Assembly (NCBI GenBank): GCA_040954595.2
Contig: CM082588.2
Span: forward strand, 12,041,398-12,105,397
Source of the DNA: Balanoglossus misakiensis
Taxonomy: Eukaryota; Animalia; Hemichordata
Direction of reading: 5' to 3'
Length of the DNA stretch: 64,000 nt
Shown here: positions 1-12,076 of the stretch, piece by piece
Position numbering within the stretch: the stretch's first letter is position 1
Layout: every line of letters starts with the position of its first letter
The notes under the pieces: generated by a model
Told to the model about the DNA's origin: nothing
What the model saw: the letters and a program-made list of their open reading frames with translations, nothing else
Databases searched by the model: none
Position numbers and translations under genes: made by a program

Positions 1-1690
1 ACTATACATAAGTCTTTTTAGTAAAGCATGGCCTGTTATGTGACCATTCTTTGAATTCTATTTATGATGTAAGAAATTTATTTTTTTGCAATATTGATCT
101 ATCCCTTACAACATTCCAGCATAACTATTTCAATATTTGTTTTCATTCTGTAACTGTTCCACTTAAATCTTGGAGAGAATTCGGAATTTCAACACAAACC
201 CTTGAAACTATACAGAAGTTTTTTAGTAAAACATGGCCCGTTATGTGACCATTCTTTGAATTCCATTTATGATGTAAGAAATTAAATTATTTGCAATATT
301 AATCTATCCCTTACAACATTCCGGCATAACTCTTTCCATATTTGTTTTCATTCTGTGACTGTTCCACTTAAATCTTGTAGAGAATTCGTTATTCCAAAAC
401 AAAGCCTTGAAAATATACATATCCTGTTATGTGACCTTTCTTTGAATACCATTTATGATGTAAGAAATTACATTATTTGCAATATTAATCTATCCCTTAT
501 AACATTCCAGCAAAACTCTTTCCATATTTGTTTTCATTTTGTGACTGTTGCACTTAATTCTTGTAGTGAATTCGTTATTCCAAAACAAAGCCTTGAAACT
601 ATACATATCCTGTTACGTGACCTTTCTTTGAATACCATTTATGATGTAAGAAATTACATTATTTGCAATATTAATCTATCCCTTACAACATCTCAGCATA
701 ACTCTTTCCACATTTGTTTTCATATCCTGTTACGTGACCTTTCTTTGAATACCATTTATGATGTAAGAAATTACATTATTTGCAATATTAATCTATCCCA
801 TACAACATTTCAGCATAACTCTTTCCATATTTGTTTTCATTCTGTGACTGTTCCACTTAAATCTAGTAGAGAATTCGTTATTCCAAAACAAAGCCTTGAA
901 ACTATACATATCCTGTTATGTGACCTTTCTTTGAATACCATTTATGATGTAAGAAATTACATTATTTGCAATATTAATCTATCCCTTACAACATTCCAGC
1001 AAAAATCTTTCCATATTTGTTTTCATTTTGTGACTGTTGCACTTAATTCTTGTAGTGAATTCGTTATTCCAAAACAAAGCCTTGAAACTATACATATCCT
1101 GTTACGTGACCTTTCTTTGAATACCATTTATGATGTAACAAATTACATTATTTGCAATATTAATCTATCCCTTACAACATCTCAGCATAACTCTTTCCAT
1201 ATTTGTTTTCATTTTGTGACTGTTCCACTTAAATCTTGGAAAGAATTTGGTATTTCAACACAAAGCCTTGAAACTATACATATCCTGTTACGTGACCTTT
1301 CTTTGAATACCATTTATGATGTAAGAAATTACATTATTTGCAATATTAATCTATCCCATACAACATTCCAGCATAACTCTTTCCATATTTGTTTTCATTC
1401 TGTGACTGTTCCACTTAAATCTTGTAGAGAATTCGTTATTCCAAAACAAAGCCTTGAAACTATACATATCCTCCTATGTGACCTTTCTTTGAATACCATT
1501 TATGATGTAAGAAATTACATTATTTGCAATATTAATCTATCCCTTACAACATTCCAGCATAACTCTTTCCATATTTGTTTTCATTCTGTGTGACTGCTCC
1601 ACTTAAATCTTGTAGAGAATTCGTTATTCGAAAACAAAGCCTTGAAACTATACATATCCTGTTACGTGACCTTTCTTTGAATACCATTTA
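1..1690. repeat. Tandem satellite, 186-bp unit (205-bp variant at the window start, one 117-bp internally deleted unit)
   Basis: GTGACTGTT anchor recurs at 355, 541, 844, 1030, 1216 and 1402. The first units (150 to 355) carry an extra block. The array is cut at 1690 by a MITE. Confidence 0.95.
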
Positions 1691-2845
1691 GGGACCGTTC
1701 AGTTTTTACGGCAGGGGGGGGGGGGGTGTGGCAAGTTTGAGTCATCGGTTCTCAAAATCAGGCCAACCCCCCCCCCCTTCACCCAGGACCAAAAAATGAT
1801 GACCCCCCCTTTGCCAGACCCAAAAATATGATGAACCCCCCCCCCCCCACGCCCAAAATATTCGCCGTTCTGATCCTATGTACACTGTATGCAATAAAGG
1901 GAATGAGGCTCCTCACACCTCAATTATATATTTCTTAAAGTATTATTGAAGTATATAATAGTATATCGTTGCAATAAAGAAATCTATGAACAAAAGAAAA
2001 TGACAAGTCAATACAATAGTTGCTGGAATCGGTAAAACAAGAAAAGTGGTAGGGGTGGGCGTAAGAAAATTTTGTAAAATACGGTGCTCAAAGTTGCAAT
2101 TTAATGAACTCAAAAGCAAATTAACTCAATGTTAGGGAGGACAAATTTTAATTTTGCCACTCCACTCAAAGTAAGCATCGAGGTGGGGTGGCAAGAAGTC
2201 TTCCCTGGTACACTAGACAAACCAGTGAATAAATGCAATGTGGCCTTGAATGGAGGGGTGGGTGTGGGAGGGGGTGTCCCCCTCCCACATAAGAAAATTT
2301 TGTAAAATATGTAGCGCAAAGTTGCATTTTAATGAACTCAAAAGCAAATTATCTCAATGTTTGGGAGGATTTTACTTTTTGCCACTCCACTCAAAGTTAG
2401 AAGATTTGGCGTCATCTTGTCATGACATCATTTATAAAACTTCTAGTATATAGAAGATGCAGCGCGAAACTATCAGTTATGCAAAATGGTTTAAACAATT
2501 ATTCTCCTTTATGTATTCACTTTGTTAAATATTATCATCGGTGGGGTTGGGGTGGCAAGCACTCTGCCCTGGTACACTAGACAAACCAGCAAAAAATGAA
2601 ATGTGGCGGAGAATGAAGGGGGTGGGTGTCCCCCTCCCACATTAGAAAATTTTGTAAAATAAAGGGTGCGAAACTGCAATTTTGTGGACTCAAAAGCAAA
2701 AGTTCGGTGGCAAAAGTATGTGACCCCCCCCCTAAACGTTGAAAAAATCCAGATGACCCCCCCTTGTGGACTTCAAAATTTAAGTGACCCCCCCCCCTGG
2801 ATTTTGCCGCCCCCCCCCCCCCGGCCGTAAAAACTGAACGGTCCC
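1691..2845. mobile_element. PIF/Harbinger-like non-autonomous MITE
   Basis: TIR GGGACCGTTCAGTTTTTACGGC ... GCCGTAAAAACTGAACGGTCCC, flanked by TTA (1688-1690 and 2846-2848). GGG termini with a TWA TSD are typical of PIF/Harbinger. Confidence 0.85.
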
Positions 2846-3105
2846 TTAGCTGGTGTCATCTGACAGATGCATCCTCACTCACACAATCTAGGTACGTCAA
2901 CACACAAAAATATAAATATGTTTTACCAATGGCACTCCACTCCACTCCACTCCAGGTAAGAGGTTAGAGGGCAGGAGACCATTTGCCTGACATCATATGG
3001 CTACCTGGGTTTAACTATAACATTGTCCGAGACGTGCCACTGGAGGACAATACCGAAGCATACGATGTACTAGGACATGAATCCCAGTATTTTGTGAATA
3101 ACAGT

Positions 3106-3646
3106 AGAGAGGTTTAGTTACACGTAAATACGTTCGATCAGCACGTGTAGCGTCGTTGTCATGTGATAAAGATACATTGCGTATGTGTAGAGCAGACGTT
3201 CGGTACGGCAAGCGACGCTTCTACGCGTAATCATGATTTTTCGATATTCTCTCTCTAATTTGAGGGATTGATCTCTGAAAGTGCAATTGTGATGTAGCCA
3301 GCATCCATGTAATCTGAAAGATTTCTGCCATATGTGCTAAAACCGGCAGTATTTGGCGTTTTAAAAACATGAACACAAAATTTATTCCCATGATAAGTTT
3401 TCAGTGGACGCCTCGATTAAGACATCGGAAAACTTTACTAAAGTATATTTCCACTGCAGTCAAGAAACCTATTGCAAGGGTGGTGATCTTAGAGAATATT
3501 CATAACACACAAAATTTTAAGTGAAAAAAATTTGAATTTTCTATTAATACTCAAAACGGACAACTAAACTGCAAAACACCTATGCGAATGCCACTGCTGC
3601 CATCAGACGTACGCATATTTACGTGTAAGTGTAACTAAACCTCTCT
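3106..3646. mobile_element. TIR-bounded MITE (~540 bp)
   Basis: AGAGAGGTTTAGTTACAC ... GTGTAACTAAACCTCTCT. Flanks AGT/ATT form an imperfect ANT-type TSD. Confidence 0.65.
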
Positions 3647-3883
3647 ATTGGCAAATAAGCTGAAATTGTTCTAGTGGCCCATATTTATTCAAAGGAAAGA
3701 ACATTTCTAAGTTCACAAATAAGCACAAAGGACTGTGAACGAGACTGCAGACAGTCCCAATGAAGACATGACTTAGTCCCAATTTGCAAGCTGAGATGCA
3801 ACTGACTTCTGCATGGGTAACTTAGCTCTGGGGATGTCCTGTGTGATTTCAAGCAATTGATGACGAAATTTAACACAGTTTTA

Positions 3884-5569
3884 TATGGCAAGCCAAGTGT
3901 TGCAAAATTCAATAAAACCATTTGTGTGTCCATGAAAACCATGTTTGTGTTCATAAAAAAAGCATGTTTGTGTTCATAAAAAAACATGTTTGTGTCAAAA
4001 ACGAATAGTACATTTTTGTGTTCATGAACACCATTTGTCACAAGATGGCGCTCTGCAATGCCCTTTGCCTATAATGCATAGTGGTGGCGGGGCCCCTTTA
4101 GGAAGGGGTCACATGGACCCCAACATCCTGAGGACTGTGTCTGTATCATAAAGAAAACATGGCTTATGATTTGAAATGTTACCAATCCTTTCTTAAAGTT
4201 AACCATATATATTCTGTGTCCACTCATTGGATAAACAAAATTTGAGATTGACTTCAAGGGGATACCAGTTAGATCACACTTCCAAGCAATGGGTATAGGG
4301 CTTTGTTGTATCAGTGACATGGCTAGGCGTTGGCAAAGTGGACAATATAAGGGTACATATTACTAAGAATGCTGAGTAATTACAGAGGTACACTTACATA
4401 AAATGTAGCAAAAACATGAAAACTGTAATTATAAATAACCCTCTGTACAGTAGCATGGTCTGAATTTTATCTATTATTAATACATGTACATATTTAGCCC
4501 CATAGCCCCATGCAATGATGGGGATAGGGGACTTTTGGAGAGAAAAATGCTGGCAGATGGTATAGAGGAAAACAATTTCTGCAATATTAATGACTTGAGA
4601 AAAATATGTTCAAACACAGATTGTAAAACAAAAGAAGTGAAGGAGTGGGTGTGGGAAGGGGTGTACAATACGGAGCTCAAAGTTGTATTTTAAGGAACTC
4701 AAAAACAAATCAACTCAATGTTAGAATCCGTGGGGGTGCGGTGGCAAGTACTCTGCCCTGGTACGCTAGATAACCCAGCTAATAAATGAAATGTGGTGGA
4801 GAATGAAGGAGGAGGGTATAGAAAAATCTGTAAAATAAAGGGCTCGAAACTGCATTTTTGTGGACTCAAAACCAAAGGGGGCAAAAGCATGTGACCCCCA
4901 AACGTTTAAAAAAAACATGAGCCCCCACCCTATTGGATGTCAAAATTTATGTGACCCCGCTAGGATTTTGCTGACCCCCCCCCCCCCCCCCCCTAAAAAC
5001 TATACGGTCCCTAAGCACAGGCTCTGCTGTAGTCAGAGATGCATGTGGCCATAAGCACAGGCTTGTATAAATAATATATCAATTGCACCAGGAAATTGGC
5101 TTAGTAGAGTGGTTTGGCACAGTAACCCACCTTGCTGCACTTATGTAGCCCAACAACTCCCCTTGACAACAATTTCTATAAACCAGCATTTTTACTCTAG
5201 CCACTATAAACGATCCTGAATGTTTACTCAAATGCCTTATCCAATTTCGGACAACTCTCAGTTTTGGCTAAAAAACAAATGTTTCCTGCTTAAAGACGAA
5301 TGCAATTGATCAACCTCTAAATAAAATGTGTGACATTTTTCAACAATAAAACGTATCTGAATCCAAAGGCAAATCCCACTCAGCATCGTCTGCTTGAAAT
5401 ATTGCAGAGCGCCAGCTAGAGTCAAAAAGGTGCATGCTTGAAATATTGCAGAGCGCCATCTAGTGTTGAAAAAGTGTATCAACATAAACATGGTTTTATT
5501 GAACACAAACATGGTCTTCATGAACACAAAAATGGTTTTATTGAAATTTGCAACACTTGGCTTGCCATA
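3884..5569. mobile_element. ~1.7 kb non-autonomous TIR element with subterminal short repeats
   Basis: TATGGCAAGCCAAGTGTTGCAAA.TTCAATAAAACCATTT at 3884 and its inverse ending at 5569. CATGTTTGTGTTCA subrepeats and AGATGGCGCTCTGCAAT occur in both ends. (AG)TTTT is on both flanks. Confidence 0.75.
4645..5011. mobile_element. Truncated relative of the 1691..2845 Harbinger-like MITE, nested in the 3884..5569 element
   Basis: Shares GTGGCAAG.ACTCTGCCCTGGTAC.CTAGA and GAAACTGCA.TTTTGTGGACTCAAAA with 2550-2700. Ends in AAAAACTATACGGTCCC followed by TAA. Confidence 0.7.
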
Positions 5570-5949
5570 GTTTTGCTGAGGTAACCATTTAGGTTTCATG
5601 ACTAAGATTGTTTAACAATCCATAAACTACAAATTTTATCCAATGAATGAATTTCCTTAGAATTTCACAGCTGTGCGAGATCTTGCAGTTATACAAAAAT
5701 GTGTATTTTTCTGATGGCAATGCATTTGCAACAACAGCCTCTAAACTTTATGGATTGTCTCTCTTCTACGAATCATCAATTTGGTTTTTAACCAGAACAT
5801 TGTACTGATTTAGCCATTTTTGTATTGTAGGAAATTCTGAGTTATTATAAACATCATAACACGCATGTTTTTGTTACTTTTATGAACGTCTCAAAGTGTT
5901 AGACTTTTCAAGATTTTGTTGTTAAATGGAACGGATCTATACTGCACCA

Positions 5950-7097
5950 TTCTAGTCTAAAAAAGATGTTAAACAGGGCGGAATTTCATCTCCAATTTTT
6001 TTCACAGTGTACTTAGATGATTTCAGTAGGAATTTATCAAAACTTCAGTTCAGATGTCTTCTTGGCGATTACAGGTTGAAACATTTCGATATAGTTATTT
6101 TCTCTACTGGAGCCTACGGTCACCAAATGTTAGTTAATTGCTGTGGTCGTTAAGGCAGTATAAATGCGATACTTTTCAATGAGAAAAAGACGGTGTTTAT
6201 GCTAATTCAACCCAGTGTTAGGTAACTTAAAACAGTTCCAATTTATTTAAATGGTAGACTACTGAGTTATGTTAATGTTTACAAATATCTTGGTCATTTA
6301 ATATCTTGAAACCTTAAAGATAATGAGGATATTCAAGCTCAGAGTTGTTTTTTATACTTTAGGGGGGAAACGCTATCCTTTGTGATTATAAATTTGCATC
6401 TTTATCGGTCAAATGTCATATATTTAAGCAATAAAACACCCCCAGCCATGGTATACCACGAGATTTTGACCAGTTCACGACATGGAGTTGAACTGGTCAA
6501 AATCGAGTGGTATACCATGGCTGGGGTTTTTTTATTGCTATTATATTATGCCAGTATATTGAAACTTTGCATAAAACATTTTAAAAAGGCATTTTCTTTG
6601 ACTATGATATATGACTGTGGTATATGGCTAATATATCACGGTCACGTGTCGTGTCTCGACCAATCAAATAGCGTGATTTACACCATCAATATACTGGTAT
6701 AATATAATTTCAGTTTTTTGTGACATTCTGTTCAATTCTCATTAGTGGTGTAATTTTTCTATGAAAATGTTTTATACCGCTAGAACAGCATATTCTCTGA
6801 TATTTCGTAAATTAACAGGTTTCGAACATAGTCATGTTCAAAGTAATACTTTATTGCTTGATAATCTAAATGTTTTAAATCTTGATGAGATACTTAAGGA
6901 AAAAAAGTCATATAGTTTAATGAGCAGGTTTCAGCTTTCTAGTACTTTGATCGTGTCTTCTGTACTGCCCAAGTCTATTTTTTCAAAAATTTTATTATGG
7001 AATGTTTGGTGTCAAAGACTATTTTAACTAGAAGTATTTTTTTTCTTGTTTACCTCCTATGGATTATTTTTTATCTGAAATAAACATTAACAATAAT
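5950..7097 (+). mobile_element. Decayed LINE reverse-transcriptase 3' fragment (Proto2/RTEX-like)
   Basis: Manual translation gives VKQGGISSPIFFTVYLDD (~5968) and YKYLGHLIS*NLKDNEDI (~6280), with many stops. Ends in AATAAA plus an AT-rich tail at ~7080-7097. Mirror copy ~62515..63660 (-). Confidence 0.65.
6424..6702 (+). mobile_element. Crypton-like non-autonomous hairpin element inserted in the LINE fragment
   Basis: TTAAGCAATAA start, ~115-bp near-perfect hairpin closing with TTATTGCT, and CCAATCA...GGTATAAT end. Same architecture as 48337..48860. Family assignment is inference. Confidence 0.55.
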
Positions 7098-10000
7098 GTA
7101 TTTGCCTGTAAACAAATATTGACGTCCATTCGTAGCGTTATTTTGTCAGTGAAATGGCTTCATCATTATCCATCCAACCAAAGTTGAAACAGAGTTAAAT
7201 ATGCACTGCTTGAAATCATAAAATGTTGTGAAATTGAACCAAAAGTTCGGACAACAGTCAAGTTCTTATTGCTATTATTAGAAGCAGACAGTATCAGGGA
7301 ACAAGAGACATGGGTCTGATTTTCAAGCCGAGTTGGAAATGACTTTGCCTGCCCACGGACCCGCCAATTTCAGTGAATCTTATCGTATTAAAAACGAATA
7401 TGGAGAACTGTTCTCTGTGTTTCTATTGTTAGCCTGCATAGCTGCATGCATAGCTGTTGTCATTCTAGTTTTTTTTTTTCTGTACACCTAAATTTCCTGG
7501 GCGATGAGCATGCTGAATTTATCCGTTGCTTCTCACCAGCAGAAGGACCACAAAATGCAGATTTTCATTTCTACGGCACAAAGGAATTTTATACTTTGCG
7601 TTCAAATATAAATCCTGTTAAATTCTTCAATAAATTCTTTATTGAGGATTCAAAAGTATTATGACTGATAGTGTCAGTAACTGTATCCCCAAAAAGGATG
7701 CTGTCAGTGTGCGTGTGATTGTGATCAATAACATATTTTCAAAATTTGCAGTGTGCCAGTTCAACACAGTTCGTGAGGCTGGTAAAGCACGTGTGAATTT
7801 CAATTCATGACGACAGTGGGCCATGGCTGCCACATTAGCACATGATGGCTTAAATTAAAATGTGATATGCACTACATTTATTTGAATAACATTAAACCTC
7901 TGATATCTACAGAAACAGTACAATTATTGAGGAAAACATGATAAAAAATATGCAAACTTGTACATTCTTTGTAGTATATATCACTCACATTTTATGTTTT
8001 GAACAAATGGCTACACTGTTTGGAATATTTTTATCCATTGTTAAGTTATATCAGCTTGTTTTGGGGATCTTGAAAATGACATATATTAGGCATAAGAGGC
8101 AAAATGTCAGAAACAATTAGGTAATAAGATTGCACATCTCATAGGAGATAATCCATTTAGCAAGTATTAAGTAAAAATCATTTCACTCTTATCAGGACCA
8201 TAAATTTTTAAAACATACACACTGGCATGTATACAGTCATAGAGAGGTCAATGTGTATACAATTTTCAGTGGGGGGGGTTCCTCCTAAATTGCAAAGAAC
8301 AATGTAAGGGTTATTTCACTTTTTTTATAAAATATTTGTGGTATAAGATAATACATCTAACATAATAAAAAAATTAAATTGAGCTATGATTTGATTCCAT
8401 TATAATTTATATGAAGAACATACATGTATCTATTACTTACAACTAAAATTTTAAATTTATCAGTCATGCATGTTCTGAGAAAAAGATTTTTTTATCAAAA
8501 TTCGAAACCATGTCCCCAAAATGCAACAATTTCAGCTGACTTTTCATATATCACAGTAAGAATTCCCCTTGAAACTGCAAACAATATTGAAGCAATCACA
8601 GAAAATAGCGTCAAGGACAGTTTGTGTTCTCTCAGGGTGTAGTGGATGATGAGCAGCATGTTTGGAGAACAGTGGTTTGGTATATAGTTGAAAGGAACAA
8701 TTTGCAAACACCAAGGTGAAATGCTGAACTTTTTGCTCATGTAATATTGAATGCAGCCTGATAAGGTGGGTGCTTGGTAGGGGGAAAACCACTAGCAAAG
8801 GGCTCTAATAACTGTTTTAAATTTAGTCTTAAAAATGGCCCGCACACACAAATGGCTTCGTTTGTACCTTATGTTATACTGATGAAATTCATTGTGTATT
8901 GTTATATCAAATTGCACCAGTGCAAGCTATGAGAAATGTGTTTTGAAAAAAAACAGTGCAAGTTAAGTAGAAGTAGTAGTCTAAAAGTGAAAGAAATACA
9001 TTTTGAAAAAAATATCAGACAGCATTCAAGATCAGCTGAACTGTTTTGATAAAAAATTCTCCATTTTCAAGTATATAATGTCATGTTCTGACCATAGTAG
9101 TGCAGGTTTTAGCAAAAAAATACATGCATTGATCAAACAGAAAGTTCAATCATTTAGTTTCCCCAGTTGCTGGGAGCGTAGCAGTTGTGAACATAGTATA
9201 TGAAATGAATTAAAATAGTCATTTGCTCTCTGGTCCATCATTTTCAATAGAAGTGACCTGATTTCACATCAATAGTTTACCACCCGTCATTTCCAGCTAA
9301 TTTCATGTAGTACAAAACTCCTTTACAACATAATGACATTTCTAGAACTTTTTTTGCTGGTTGGGCCCACAGACTAACACTAGTGGTTCTATAAAGAAAC
9401 TTCCATAACAACCTTTACACCTGACGCGTTTCCATTCGAAATATGCAAATAAGGAAAAGACGCATATGCATTCTTTGCGTCCCCAGAGACACACGCAGGA
9501 AATCAAGCGAGTGCGACCACTAGCTGGAAGAGCTGAATTCAATGCATTGCCTTGCGATGTTCATGATACAGGGGGGGGGGGGGGGGGTGATGATCAATGA
9601 ACAGAACAACCGTCCACTTTCATGCGTTGTAGTGCACTGATCATGGCATGTTGATCATGGCAAAACAAACAACGATGTAAGATAGCAGTGCTTTGCAAGT
9701 TTGGCTAATATGTATGAAAATCGGCTCGCAACTTTTTTCTTGCATTTGTGATTTGGCGTGGGGGTAGCGAAAACACTACTGGCTAATCCGTTCCGATTTC
9801 TGTCACTTTTCCAATTCTTTCTCAACACCTCAAAGCTACACACCACCGCCAAAAACATAAAGCTACACACCCCTACCAGAAAATGGTATGCATTCTTGAC
9901 AGGTTGTTGACGGAAGGAAGTAGTAGCTCATACGGTTTTACCCAATTCGATAGTCTCCTCTTTACACTTCGGAGCCAAAAATGGCAAAATTTGCCAAAAA

Positions 10001-10875
10001 AAAAATCAACACTTTCATCATAGGGTTTGCTTAAAAGTCTTGAAAACACACCTAGGAACCTGGAAACCAAATTTCAAAAAAATATGGGCAAAGGTTTCAG
10101 AGTATTTGACCAAAAGGCAAAAATCGCTCCAAAAGTATACATTAAAAAATGAAAATAATCTGTATAAGGTCTCAATAAAATACAATGTACACACCAATTT
10201 CTAAAGCAATCTGACCAGCACCTTCTTGTGTTTCAGAGTTTTGACCAATTTCACTTGGGTCCCCCAATGGTATACGAAATGGGACCCAAAGAGGAAAAAC
10301 ACATATCAAAGATTTTAAAACTACAGCCTCACAAGCTGCCAAATTTTACAAATCTCTTTCCTCTGTAAAATATTTCCCACTGAGCCATATTGCTTGTATG
10401 TGCATGGGTTTGTCATCTTTTGCCGATGCATACCACAATAGTTGTGTACCCTTCATATGGGGGTTGATTAATATCTAACTTACTTACATACAGCCACATT
10501 CATTTGTCAATAACATGTTCATGTTTATATATCAGTAAGCCTATTTAGATGGATCAATCTAAGATCAAAAGTTAAACCATGAAAATAATGAAAGATTGGC
10601 AACTTTGAGTTTGAGTCTAAAGATATAATGATGACATTTAAGGTTTTATTGAAATAACATGAGAACCTCTCTACTATTTGAAGCACTTAAGTTTAAAATG
10701 AAAAACTTCCTTCTACCCCTCAAAGTTTTTTTCAAGAATATGTTCTACTCTGGGACAACAATTCTCGACCCCTTTACCAAATGTCAGGGACCAGATTTCT
10801 GTAAGCAAAATTACAAATGACCTTGCGGTGACTTTTTACCTACACTCCCATATTGGGTAGTATGAAAGACCGAAT

Positions 10876-12076
10876 GGCTTACCAGAAGGGTTAGAGATAC
10901 AGTGTTTCATATTAACATGAATTAACATGAAACTAGAATTTGATGGTTAATTTAGGACTGCCTTGATCTATGGTAACATCATTAAATATGTGCATATCTA
11001 ATTCTGGGCTATCCAGTTGAGGTAGATCCCTAGACATGGACAACTTTGGCGTCAAAAGTTGTCGACAAAATTTTGGGTGATCTGGGTAAACTTTGACATA
11101 CATTCCCATATCTTGGCATCCAAAGCTGATACATCCTTGACATTTGGAGTGATGGAACTATGTAATTGAGTATTATGTCTCTTTTAGTCACAGTGCTTTT
11201 GCTGTGTTTTATATGTCTTTTATTAAGCCACATTAGATGTTTTTTCATACCACTATGGCTGTGTTTGCCAGTACTTTTTACCTGGTCACACAATGTGTTC
11301 TCAAAATACTATGCAATCTTTATGAAGCATATACAGCAGACAAAGTTGTGGTAAGACTGAACTTGCCCTTCTTTGTAATTAAAGCATGACTGGCCTGTCT
11401 TAGGTGGCCCCTACCTAGAGGCTTTACCCGTCATTGGCTCACAGTCTGAGAAATCAGCTCTGCAGGGAAGTTAACGATGTAACCCACCATTCAAGCTATT
11501 TCCGCTTTCTTTTTATTTGAAACCTGGCTGAGGCCTTCTTAGGATCTACCCAACGCTGAGTAGGCTATCCCGTCATTGGCACACAGTCTCAGGGAAGGGA
11601 AGTAAACAGTTCAGTCTACCATGCAAGCCTTTATATTCTCCATCCTTTCGTAAGTGAAACATGGCTGCTGTAGAAAAATGCTGATCTCAAATTCATTATG
11701 TCAAACAAAAGCCAGACTTTCAGCCATATTGGTTAGCCTGGCATTAGGTATGCACAAAATTAATGAGGTAAGACATAATAGTCCATTACATAGTTCCATC
11801 AGTCCAAGTGTCAAGGATATATCTGCTCCGGATCCCAAAATATAGGAATGTAGGGCAAAGTTTACCCAAGATTACCCAAAAGTGTGTCAAAAGATTTTGA
11901 CCCCAAAGTTGGCCATGTCCAGGTTTCTACCTCCAATGGATAGCCTAGAATTAGATATGCACACATTTAATGAGGTCACCATAGATCAAGGGAGTCCTAA
12001 ATTAACCATCAAATTCTAGTTTCATATTAATGCATGTTAATATAAAATACTTTATCTCTAACCCTACTGGTGAGCC
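10876..12076. mobile_element. Foldback-type element with ~300-bp imperfect TIRs
   Basis: GGCTTACCAGAAGGGTTAGAGATA...GAAACTAGAATTTGATGGTTAATTTAGGACT versus its inverse ending CTACTGGTGAGCC. No TSD preserved. Confidence 0.75.

Noticed and set aside
355-1593. 412-aa ORF with 62-aa repeats
   Set aside because: By-product of a 186-bp (multiple of 3) satellite. It has no ATG start, the frame breaks in the 205-bp units and at 1590, and no domain is recognisable.
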